Below are positions 1-12,500 of a stretch of 64,000 bases of DNA, piece by piece; positions within the stretch are counted from its first letter, which is position 1, and each line of letters starts with the position of its first letter. Source of the stretch: Trichoplax adhaerens. Lineage: Eukaryota > Animalia > Placozoa. The stretch spans positions 2,375,454-2,439,453 of the forward strand of contig NW_002060946.1 of the NCBI RefSeq assembly GCF_000150275.1, read 5' to 3'. The notes beneath the pieces were generated by a model. It did not search any database, had not been told where the DNA came from, and saw only the letters and a program-made list of their open reading frames with translations. The position numbers and the translations under genes are program-made.

Positions 1-952
1 TGGAGTTGATGGTAGTAGACTTGAGTCCAATTCTATAATATGGACGTGATAGATCGAAAGCAGTTATGCTATTTCTTGATTCGCTTTTAAGATAGTAAAG
101 TCTATACAGTTTAATACTATGGCAAAATGATTTTAAATACTCGCTCATATTTTGCAGCAAACCTTTTGGTAAAGTCCAGGAGACTTCGTTGGTAGCAGTA
201 TTCCAATAATAGGGACAGCCACTGTATCAATATTGAAAAGCCATGGATAATGAAATTTAGTTGAATACAACCATTGAATATACATGCATGGCTTGATCAA
301 GGCAATTATGACGAAGATACGTTGCTAGGTATCATCCAAATGAGTTATTGTAGCTATTCAAAAACTTACGAATTGGCATCATGGAGCATTTGCCACGGTG
401 GAGGTAGATGATGTAAATTTGGCTGTGTGTGAGATAGCAAGAAATACGCTATTTCATTGGTATCAATAACACTATTGCAGTCAATTGATCGATTATACGT
501 AGAATTCTCTTACATTGGTGGTCTGAAATTGCTCCTGTCGTTGAGGATGCTGATGATGTTGTTGTGGCTGTTGTGAAGTATTCTCTTCTTCTTCTTTTTC
601 TAAAGCATACATTAACCATATAAGATCAATCAAGAATGCATCCATATCTGATCAATTTTAACCTCTATCTACTGTCATTTACACATCATAGCTAGTGATT
701 GTTCAATGCAACGAATAGGTAATATGATGATTTAAAAAAGACTACAAAATTCCAAATTCTCCTAAAGAAATAATGGCAAGAGAGTCTACGATACTGGATC
801 GTACTCCATTCTGCACGGAGGAGAAGTGAAAGTTCAGTGGATGTACTCTCTTGCTTACTTTGGTTGATGATCCCTCGTTTTTGCAACTTTGCTAGCAAAG
901 CAGGAGGAAGAGATGGATAATTTCCCTCTTGCTGATGACTATTTGTCGACAT
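1..952 (-). CDS. PQBP1: Polyglutamine-binding protein 1-like WW-domain protein, 5' part (continues past window start)
   Basis: Spliced exons (about 859-952, 514-599, 371-423, 163-221, 1-32) with GT-AG give MSTNSHQQEGNYPSLPPALLAKLQKRGII..., a Q/H-rich linker, then LPPPWQMLHDANSGCPYYWNTATNEVSWTLP. This matches the PQBP1 N-terminal LPxALxxRLxKRGI motif and WW domain. Confidence 0.85.
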
Positions 953-1177
953 CTGGCCCAATCCACATTAATATTCTTCACTTCCGATGGCAACAATCAT
1001 CATCAACGATGCTAATGGCGATGGCAATCCCGAGATGATGTCCGGTAACCATCAGCAATCCGCCAATACATTATACTGTAGTCTACAGTGCCATGCACTG
1101 TAGTCATTTGGTCAGCTTTCAATTGTTGTGGGCAAACCTAGAAATTATTTCTCCAAATTGGAGAAGGAGCCTTAAAA

Positions 1178-1690
1178 GGCAGACTAATAGACATATACAT
1201 TATACAGCCTATAATTAGGAGTATATTATGATTAAGAATGATGAATAGCATCCATTTGCAAGCAGAAAAGTGCCAGGTTTGGTCGATTGAAGGCAGACTG
1301 ATAGACATACACAGCATAGAATTATGAGTATATGATTAAGAATGATTAATAGCATCCATTTGCAAGCAGAAAAGTGCCAGGTTTCGTCGATTGAAGGCAG
1401 ACTGATAGACATATACAGCATAGAATTATGAGTATATTATTAACAGCATCCATTTGCAAGCAGAAAAGTCCAGGTTTCGTCGATTGAAGACAGACTGATA
1501 GACATATACAGCATATAATTAGGAGTATATGATTAAGAATGATTAACAGCATCCATTTGCAAGCAGAAAAGTGCCAGGTTTCGTCGATTGAAGACAGACT
1601 GATAGACATATACAGCATATAATTAGGAGTATATTATTAAGAATGATTAACAGTATCCATTTGCAAGCAGAAAGGTCCAGGTTTGGTCTA
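1178..1690. repeat. Minisatellite, 5 copies of a ~94-114 bp unit
   Basis: Unit g(g/a)cagactgatagacatatacagcat...gcatccatttgcaagcagaaaagtgccaggtttcgtcgattgaa starts at about 1178, 1292, 1395, 1489 and 1593. Confidence 0.95.
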
Positions 1691-1784
1691 CTACTGTCAC
1701 TGATACTATATATATATATATATAGTAATATTCGTTATATATCACGCCTCACTACTCTTCTAACAGCAAATATTGTGTAACAGA

Positions 1785-1980
1785 TAGTCTTTAGTTTTTA
1801 CTCCACTGTACTTCTGCGTTGCTGCTCTAGATTTCAGGAGGAGCTCAAGGCAGACTGATATACGGTTTATAGCACTCATTCGTAGGTATTAACAGCAACT
1901 ACGGTGTAGCAGTCTTTGGTTTTTACTCTACTTCTGACTTGCTGCTCCAGATTTGAGGAGCCAAAGACAGACTGATATGC
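1785..1980. repeat. Degenerate two-copy repeat sharing the cagactgata motif with the adjacent minisatellite
   Basis: agtcttt(a/g)gtttttactc...tacttctg...ttgctgctc(t/c)agattt...cagactgatat occurs twice, at about 1786 and 1911. Confidence 0.7.
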
Positions 1981-2184
1981 AGTATACTCGATGAATAGCA
2001 TATACTGTATTCGTAAGCAGAGATCCCAGGCCAACCCTTATTTATATTCTATATGTATATTATTAAATTAATTTAAGTTAAGTTTATTTCCACTGCATTC
2101 AAATAAGTGTTACATAGTAGCTTGATTTCTAAGCTTTATTATGCAAGGGTAACGCAGTGATGCCTCCAATGGTATGTGTTCATT

Positions 2185-2227
2185 CATGGACTACTAAATC
2201 CATCCGGAATGCATTTAGTAGTCCATG
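2185..2227. repeat. Near-perfect inverted repeat (hairpin)
   Basis: catggactactaaat-c-cat-ccgga-atg-c-atttagtagtccatg: perfect 15 bp arms plus 3 more bp after one mismatch. Confidence 0.9.
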
Positions 2228-3279
2228 GTGCAGTATGCTAGACTGTGAGTTGCAATTACGGCAAAATCAGAAGTACTTCCATCAGTTATGACATACTCTA
2301 CAGTTCTACGACAGTAGACTCAGAACGACTGAGTGAGTCGATAGTAAGCTCAGGTAATTGTGCGATAGGCCTAGTAGAAGTGCAGCCTGCAATCCGATTA
2401 CGATGAACCAGATCGTTTGTTATTATAACCGGGATTTATTACTAGTTCTATCAATTAATCATCGAATCGATCGCTGCAAGCAAGCGGATGATTATTAGCC
2501 GTGGATCAGCAGTGTTTTGCAACTTGCTTCTTCTTCAACAGCTAGACTGTTTCATGCGTAGCTTGATGGATTTTTTTCCACGACCATTTATATTATATCA
2601 TTATTTGATATGCAGTGTAAACGAGTTGCTTTGAACAGAATGTCAAGTAAAAAGTACAAGGATAGTCTATCAGTCGATTAAAATGAAGAATTCAACGTTC
2701 TGCCATTACCAAGATATTAAGTTGCAGCCACATGCTGCATTTTGCATGAATATACGCATATGCTTCCACAGAACGTATCCAGTATATGTATTGAGCCAGG
2801 GGCTACTCAAGAGAAAATTTTCCCTTTCTCCAGAAAGAAATTTGCTCTTCCTTAACAAAAAGAAACATATCAACAGTTTAATAGTCCTGATTTAACCAAG
2901 GGCTATTTAAAATGGGAGAAAATCCTGATTCACCATGCCACTTACTCCACTGCTAGCTACTTACTATACTACATCTATTACTACTTTGGATCATCACTTG
3001 TGCTCATACATGACAGCTATTATTTATTTATATACAACAGTTATGCATATCTTACCGTAGGCTGCTATTTCGATGTTATTCTACTATTTACTAAGCTTAA
3101 GTCCTATGTCCTAGGCTGTTCTCTGCTACCTCCATAGTTTCAACACTAGTGAGAGGTATATCATCAACATTGGTATATTTTACTGCAGGCAGTGTACCAA
3201 CAGTTGTCTGTCTTACCGTAGGTAAGTAGACCACCAACGACGATTGCTAGTATAATAATAATAATAATTGAACAGGAGT

Positions 3280-3288
3280 GGGGCGGAG
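3280..3288 (+). promoter_or_regulatory. GC box (Sp/KLF-type) upstream of the epoxide hydrolase gene
   Basis: GGGGCGGAG about 100 nt upstream of ATG 3379 in otherwise AT-rich DNA. Confidence 0.45.
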
Positions 3289-3378
3289 ATCTATTGCTTC
3301 TTTCCTGGTTGGTTAGCTGCTCATCGACTTGGAAATCACCATTTTAACTCGCCCAACTATCATCATAAGTAATCAACT

Positions 3379-6300
3379 ATGGCAGAACAGCTGCTTGCCT
3401 TGATCTTTCGCATGGTTTATACTTTTTTCGTCGTTGCTTTCATTCTTGTAACGCAAGTCATTGCTTTTGTCAAGAATCCAAAGTTGTTTTGGCAACGCAA
3501 GAGAAGAGAGAGTACGTGTATTTGCTGATAATGCTGTTGATGATTATTTCCATCTTGATACAATTCATTCTTTTAATGACAACGAGAAGAATCCATGCAT
3601 GAATCGATTCTTATCGTCATCTAACATAAGAACTACTATGTTGAAATTATCCACGACTATACTGTAGATTGAGGATAGGATGAAAAGCTGTTTCCAATTG
3701 CAATGTGTAAATTGAAACGCGATCCTATACATTCGTACGTGCAGCTTGGGTAGGCACGTTATGATGGACAGGGATAGTGATCGACAATCGATTTGCAATC
3801 ATATATGAAGTAGATAGAAAATACTAGAAGGACAATCGTTGCTTATTACAGTAATAAGCTTTATAGCATTGGATATCTCCACTTCCCAACAAACATTTTG
3901 CAAATTTGAACACTATCAATACAATGCATTGGGTCACGTAGGAACGTTGTCGTGGGCAATGATAATTATAATTGTAGAAAGTCGATTTGCAATCGTCAAT
4001 CCAATAGATACAGAACAAGAAGGACGATAGTAGCCCATTACAGTAATAAACTCTAGTATTTTATAGGACTGGATCTCTCTACTTTTCTAACAGATGTTAT
4101 CGACACTGGCATACTGTAGTCTATACGAGTAGTTTTGCAGCTAATCCAATTTGGAATCGTAGTAATAAGCCTGTGTAAAAAATGATCATGATAGGAACAT
4201 CAGGATACCAATACATTAGAAGCTCATTGAAATGACAAGCAGAAATACTATTCTGTAAATATCATGGATACTTGTATTATTTTAATTAATTGTAGTCCTA
4301 GTCAACTTCTTGTCGTGTGTTTATTTCATTGCACAGGCCATCATGGACAATATGGATGATAACGCCATAGTAGCAAATAAACCCACTTAGAAAACCTACA
4401 GTACATCATAGGACATTGGAATAGGAACAGTATTGGTATAGCTAATCAACGTGCAATCATAGATGAAATAAGTTGCATGGACTATGATTTAAAAATAGAC
4501 TAATGGAATATTGTAATGCTGTTACCGGTGTACCTGATTGGAAAATGAATACTATCTAGCATACATCATCAACACTCGACTAGTTCTACACAACTCGTAG
4601 TCATGGATATCTTTATATTTTCATGATGATATAAAAATGATCATGAGTAATAAGAAATATACTAGTATCGACTTTGAGAATAAAGTAATACTTGCCCTAT
4701 TCAAGCTCAAAAAATGAATTCTAATTTTAGAGATTGTTTTGCCTACAGGTAACTAATCATGGCTATCCTCATTTATTATACCCTAATTTTAGTACCTACT
4801 GCACTTGCTACACCTGATTGTGGCCAGCATGGATTCTATTATGGCCGTCGTTTGCGGATTCACTATGTTGCCAATGGAGAAAAAGGAAAACCCTTAATGC
4901 TTTTCATTCATGGATATCCTCAGGTCGGCTATTCCTTTGAATCAACACACTCATATAAAAATATTGAACTTGTCATTATTTTATCCTTATTGATAAATTG
5001 ATCCAACTTTCTGTACCCTGTAATATGCATACATACGTATATACCGCTTACAAAATAGGATAATCTCTCCAATCAATAATTGTATCACTTTCACGATAGT
5101 ACTAAGGGTGCATAACAATCTATAATGGCTTCGTGTGTAAATGTAGAGATTCAAAGTAACTAGAATAAAAATTGGAACCGAGTTGTAAATGGAGACTAAT
5201 TCAACATAAATATTTGTTATTGGATATAGTTTTGGTATTGCTGGAGGCATCAGTTAAAGGAATTCGGTAAAGATTATTATGCAGTTGCAGTGGATAATCG
5301 GTGAGAGTTGGATAGACACCCACATTGAACTAAAATAAATTGACGATCGTAGTCTAAACCATGTCCTACGCCTACCTTATGAATGATTATCGACTATGTA
5401 GTCGTATTTCAACGATGATTTAGAAAGGATAGCAGTCAATTTTACAGTCTATATTACCCTTACTGAGCACATTAAATACGTCTCTTATGTTGATAATAAA
5501 TTTTGTTTTATATCAGCGGATATGGTGACACTGGACGTCCAACTCACATGGAGGATTATGATATCAAGGAGTTAATTGAAGACGTTAAAGACATTGTAAG
5601 TTATTCATTTACTGTCAGAACCGAGACGCAATTTAACTACCTAAATCATACACAATAATGGAACAGGATAATTGATTCAAAGTACAACTAGTCATGATTT
5701 GTTGAAAATGTACTTAATAATTCAAGCATTTCATGTCAGAACTTTTAAGAAATAGTAAATCCGTAATAAGCATAAAATTCTTCCCTCATGATCATTCTCA
5801 ATGACGGTAAACTGCAAGCGTATTCTTTTTTGTTTCTTTCGCATTAGATTGTAGGCCTTGGCTATGAAAAATGCACATTAGTTGCTCACGACTGGGGCGG
5901 ATTCATTGCATGGTACAACGTTACACTGATTAATTATAATTATTAAAGGCATTTCTTATTGCATATTAGGAAAATAGTTTATCTAATTGATATATATAAT
6001 TACCTTGATCCAATGTAGGCACTTTGCTCATTTCCATCCCGAATATCTTGAAAAATTAATCATTATGAATGCTCCGCATCCTAGGTATACTTATTTGCTA
6101 CACAATGTAACTATTCTTTAATGTAAACTGAATGATTTGTTTAACTGTATTTAGTAAAAATGAAGCTATTTGGCTCTATAGATTGTATCAATGATCTTCA
6201 ATTAGAATTCGGTTAACGGTATATCAAGTGAAGAATCACAGTAAATAACATACTACATTACGTTATAGATTGGGTGACGACCTTGTATTAAAGTTATGTT

Positions 6301-7773
6301 ACAATAATATGAATTAGAAAACCGTACATCATGTAATAACTATCAAGCAAGTCAATGTCGTTGATTTTCCCATAAATCTTAAATTGAAATTTTGTCATCT
6401 GGTCGTATCAAAGTGAAAGATTGTTTTTTATCTCGCTCTCTATATATGATAGTAATGATATAAAAATTATTAGACCTGTCCGACCATGTGTTATTATGTT
6501 AATGCTGTATGAGTTTGCAGCCCCTGCCAGACTAACTGATGATATTTTCTTGAAAAACTGTATTATTTACCTTGTTAGGATATTCAAGCAATACATGGAG
6601 ACTCATATAACTCAAGCGCTAAAATCTTGGGTAAGATAGTAGCGCGATTTGATCTTTTAAAATATAACATTGAGGAAACAAGCTACTCATAGATGTTTTC
6701 AATGAGGATAGAAGTAGTGATGTCAATCCCGTATACTGAATTTGTCGATAATCGTGCCATTCATTATTGAATCTAAATTAAGTTTACATTCGAGTCGACA
6801 TCCTGCTCACCCTGCATTTTAATACCTAATGTTTTTAATTCTAAATAGCACACAACCGACTTTAAACTGTATCATTGCTGCGTTAACCTATTGTAGGATA
6901 TCTATATTCATCTATATGTAATTTGATCATTTTAATTGAATTACACTCGTATCTGTTAAAGTACATCTTCTTCTATCAAATCCCCTATCTTCCAGAATTT
7001 GTGGAATCGTCATCTGATTATGAATTGATTGACATTATTATGACTTCCGTCATTCATTCGGTAAGACAATACTAGTTATAGCTATCTTTGATTGTTGTAC
7101 ACTTTATGATTAAATTCCCATAGTTATTCTAGTTGAAATTTTACTGTAAAACTTACTATTTTAGCCTAACTCTTACTCTTTTATATAATTTAAAAGGACC
7201 CTAAAACTAAGGATATATTTACTAAAGATGATGAAGAATGTTACAAGTACAACCTTAGCCGACCGAGTTGCTTAACAAGCGCAATTAATTATTATCGTCA
7301 GAATGTATTTATCCCACCTTTACCATTTAAGTATGACAAAATTACAGCTCCAACTTTAATCATCTGGGTAAGTTCAAATTATCAACTCCTAAACTTTTAT
7401 AACCAATATTTTAAAATTTTTCAGTTTTGACTTATGAATAACATGATTTACTATTTAGGGTGAAAAAGATGATGCACTTAACAAAGAATTAAATAATGGT
7501 ATTGCTAAATACGTCGATAGTGTTATCTTAAAGTAAGTTTATTATATAAACTAATTATAATAATAAATATACGTAGTGATAAATAAATTTAATCAATTGG
7601 AAGACATTGTATTAAATAGTAACTATCTCTAACAATGCCACTTCAATTAGTTTGAATTATGATTCAGCTAATGAATTCATTCATACTTCAGGTATATGGC
7701 TGAAGGCACTCATTGGATCAGCGAGCAATTCCCCGAAGAGACTAATAAACACATGCGTGACTTTTTACAATAG
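3379..7773 (+). CDS. Epoxide hydrolase 3/4-like alpha/beta hydrolase, 11 exons
   Basis: N-terminal hydrophobic anchor MAEQLLALIFRMVYTFFVVAFILV, HYVANGEKGKPLMLFIHGYPQFWYCWRHQL, DNRGYG, nucleophile AHDWGG, lid tyrosines (SWY, INYYR), IWGEKDD acid and THW histidine. Stop TAG 7771-7773; all introns GT-AG. Confidence 0.93.
3765..4100. repeat. Degenerate ~190 bp tandem duplication in epoxide hydrolase intron 1
   Basis: tcgatttgcaatc...agaaggac(a/g)at...attacagtaataa(g/a)ct...tggat(a/c)tct...actt occurs twice. Confidence 0.65.
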
Positions 7774-9598
7774 ATTCAAGCATCGTGCTATTATTTCTAC
7801 AACATTAAGCAATCTGCGCAATTCGTTACGGAAAGAAACACTAAGCTTTAGCAAGACTTTAATAACTTGACTATATTACAGTGCCCGTATGCTGTGAGGC
7901 TACTATAAAAATACAATCTAAATTTTCGTTGTTACCGACAATGATCAGAAAATGCCCCCCGTATTTGACACAAGCTTAATTTCTTTATTCCAAAGGATAG
8001 GTTATTTCTAGTTTAGGTCTTTATCATAAATAATTCATCCTACAACATAGCTAGGCATGCGGTAATGATGGTAGTATTTTAGGTAACTTTTTTAAAAACT
8101 TTAAATAAAGACTATTTAAACGTTCGTTAACGGCATTGAAAACAAAATGTTCAAATTTCGGAATTGAGGATGACATGCTAGCAACGATGGTGTAACAGAT
8201 CTGTCAGAATCCACCAATTTACGTAACAATTTATATAGCTTTAGACGTATTTACCTGTACTGTATTTACAATATCGCAAGCGAATAATTAGAAAGTGAGG
8301 AATCTCTTTAGCAGCCTATGATCATTGTAAATTTCGTACAGTAGCTTGTATTCGACTAAATTGTTGTAAATTACTAAACGATGGGCAAATTTTTAATGTA
8401 GTCGATCCATCATGTCTTTTTCTAAGAATTCATACAGTGCGATAATATATAGTAATACTACTATTGCTTTCAGACCTGCAGAAACCATTTCACCACCAGT
8501 GAAGTTTTCTAACTGAGTAACTTAATTTCCTTTTATTAATTTTCACCAATTTAGTTGGAATCCAATAGGTAGTAGTGTGCATGCTGCAATGACGGAAGAA
8601 AGAAATCAGTATCTTACTGTAAGGTACCTACAGTACTAGCACAAATACACAATATGTTCTAATGATCAAGAGATGACACCTTTGATTAATAAGTTCATGG
8701 TGAATAAGGCGCTGCCATTACAAATAAGTAGTGTATATTTTTAGAAATAAATCTTTTTATTTACACATGTTGAGTATAACATTAACTATCAAATCAGTTC
8801 AAAGATTAATTGATCATGCTATACTTAATTGAAATAAATACAGATCCGCACTTCAATAAAGTTTTACGCGGTTATTTAGATATGATATTGTTCTCAAATC
8901 ATCATCTAGTTCTAATTTAACTTAAACGTGTATTCTTTCAGCTATATGTATATATATAATGCTCTCATTGAAACTTTATATATTAATAGTAACAGCATGA
9001 AAAAAGATGTACTGCGTATGTATTTTGTACAATTGAAGCATTTCACTATAATAATCGATGCAATTCATTACATACCCTACTCGAACAATCAATTTCACTT
9101 TCGCCGACATAAAATAAAGAGCACTATACATTTTAAATTCTGGAATATAAACTAAACATCCATAGTTCAAGAGCATAAAACGCTGACATTACCTTACTAT
9201 AATATAAAGTACACTATATCATATAGCACGTAAACCGTTCAAATGCTTAACTTTGTACATGTACATTAGGTGCTTTCATGAAAATTTAAACACTTCAATT
9301 TTTATTATAATTGATCAATCAGTAAACAAATATACCATATAATAGTCAATTTGTCACGTTTCCACAGAGCAGAGTATGATCCATTAATCAGTTTGTATCT
9401 GATTATATAGCACTGTATTACATACAGAAAAATAAGTCACAGCTCGATATTGTAATTGTTCGTTTTAAAAATAAGCTTTCGATAGAAATCACTCAAGATG
9501 AGGTAAAATTAAAATATTTCTCGTAATTACGCGGGTTTTCATAGTGGCCATGCATATGCATAGTTTATACGGCATGCAGGTAATTTTGTCTCACGGGA

Positions 9599-12500
9599 TT
9601 ACCGTATGTCCTGCAACCTCGTCCGAAGTGTCATACAGAATTCCTGCAATCGATGTTATTTTAGACATTATGATTAATATCACGACAATATGTAGCAGGA
9701 GTAAGCAGCTACTTATGTGCTATACCTTTAAGTACTTATTAAATGACTTCATATCCATTTGCTCGAGTCCTTGAACATAGGCCTAAATAACGTTATTATG
9801 TTCATAATCGTTATTTTTTTAATAATCTAAATTCTAGGATTCTATCAAATCCTTTTACCTGAATTAAATCTGCAGAAAGATTAAGTTGAGGTAAGTACGT
9901 CGTTCTTAAATATTCTTTAAATTGCTGTCCCTATGCGAAATACATACGTATAAATATAAGAATTGAAAGATACTACATAAAATATAACGATTACAGCAAA
10001 GTGGCCATAGTTGAAAATATTTTTATTAATTAATTATTCTATAAATTTGCTTACCTCCAAGTTTAAAATGCTCTTTTGTAAAGTAACTATTTCAGACAGT
10101 ACCTTCACAGGAAATATTAACACATTTGAGTAAAAATAATGACCACATTCATTAGGATTTAATAAAATTTCTTGTATAATAATTTAAAGCGGATAAAATA
10201 GGTTGTCTACAATACTGTCCAACGTAGATCACGAATAGCACTAAGACGAGACGTATAGTTAATAACTGAATTTTTATGCTGGAAAAACATTACAGAACAT
10301 ATTAATTGCAAAGCATCCACTTATTATAAAATCGATGAACAGTATTTTATGAGCGTGAGTCAAGTATATAGTACATCTATTCAAATCGAATATGCGGACC
10401 AGAAGGAACTACATTAGTCAGGCAATTACCTGCAAACTTTGTCTGTCATCAAAATCGAAAGTGGCTTTAAGAGGAGCAATGAAACAAGCCGGAATAATAT
10501 TTTTATATAAAAATTCTCCAAACAGGTTGCTCTTATTTCCATCTAAATCAATTATTGGATTATAACTTTATACAAAAGCATACAAAAAGTAACTTAAATA
10601 AAAAATCGTATTTACCATGAGCATTTATCAGTTTGTGCAGAACAAAGAAGCAAATCTTCTGTGACTGGAATTCGAAGATAACAAAATTTTAGGCACTATA
10701 CAGAAATTATTAGTAAATTCAGTACTGACAAACCGATAGATCTCCTGCATCAACGCAGCCATGGATTAAACTTAACAACACTTCTTGTGCATTATGCACT
10801 TCTATAATAACAATTATAATAAAAAAGTATAACACATTACCGAGCGACTGAGCAATTTAAGTTAAACACGTATTAATTTTACTCATTAAATACCTTGATC
10901 AAGAATTGCCGATGCTACATCGTTAGTGACCAACGTAGATAAAAATGTAAAGTAGCTACGATGTAAAAGTTGCTTATCTTTGGTGGCCTGTATCACATAA
11001 AATTTTACGTTAGTTTCAGCAATTTCAATTGGTTATAAAAATATCGAATAACAAACCTGCGTATCCGCAATATCTGTGGTAGAATTTAAAGCAGCAAAAA
11101 TTGTATTTACAATCGGCATAAAAGACTCTTTCAGGAAAGGAGTAACTTGGCGCTATATGCATGATGAAGGCATTTTATTACAAAATCACTATTTTAAAAT
11201 AAGTCTTCAATAGATTTTATCCCTAAATACAGTACCTGAAATTTAGATACTACTTGATTAATTAAAGGCATAAATTCTTGAACATCGGTTGGCTAAGTGT
11301 AAAGAAGTATTTGGTTAGGTCTATCGAAATTATTTAAAATTTATTACAATAGTTCGATACAATAGTTACATAAAATATTATCGTCAAGGTAGTACAATTT
11401 ACCTTTGGATCTTTCAATAAATAATTCATAGCTGTCGGAATGAAAGGCAATACTTGCTCCCCTAAACAAATTATCATCCGATGCAAAAACTGGCGCACTC
11501 CTGCTTGAATTTGCTCCTTAAATGATGGCACACTCAAAGACTGCAAAAAGATGGATAACACCTACAGCAAAAATTTTATATCATGATGAGTGTAAAGATG
11601 AAACAACAATATTTCACATTATATTATGATTACCTCAATAAAATATTGAGAACAACCGCAATCTTGCATAGTTTGACTACTGGAGAATACTTTGCTGACA
11701 CGGCTACATAGATAAAAGTTATTCATAAACTATAAACTCCAAATGTCGGTAGTTTTACGTTATCATATTATATCTATAATACTAACCTTGCACAGGACAT
11801 AATCAGATTTAGCTCTTGAGCATACGAAAATTGTTGATTTGCGTCAGACTCATTATATATCTGAATGTACATTATTACAGTAATCAATTAGTAGAAAAAC
11901 CCTTTCACTTAACAATATATTCAATTAGCAGGATCTATACCTTTGACAAAATATCTTTAAATCTATTGGATAAGGACGTGAGAATGCAATTCATCAAAAA
12001 TTGCCGTTCCTATAAATATAGTTTAAATTGAATAAATGTCGGAAGTTTCCTAACTATTCCAGAAAGTAATGACGATAACAAAATTCTGCTATATTTACCT
12101 CTACTTTTAAGCCACCTGATATTACAATAATACCAGCAGCTTCGTACAGGTGTAGCTATGAATGAAAATAAAGCACAATATGAAAAATAATACGTTAAAA
12201 ATGAGATAAATTAGCAATATCAACATTATAGCGAGCTTTTAAACATTATTGGAAGACATTCTTAATTACCTGATCGCTATCAATTAAAACTTTTTGCTGG
12301 CCATTAACCTATACAATTGATATTAAAAGTGGCATACATATCAACTTCATTGTATTACTATCACAAATAATTTGTAACTAACGTATTTAAAACGCTTTAA
12401 TGTAAATTACCGATTCAAAACTTAAATGAGGACGAATTTGCTTCAAAAGATTCTCAGAATAATCATCCAAGCTATTTCTAAATATAGTAAGCATTGATTA

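Noticed and set aside
8470-8625. Exon-like AG...GT segments between the epoxide hydrolase and XPOT
   Set aside because: All three frames are closed in the first segment and there is no homology signal.
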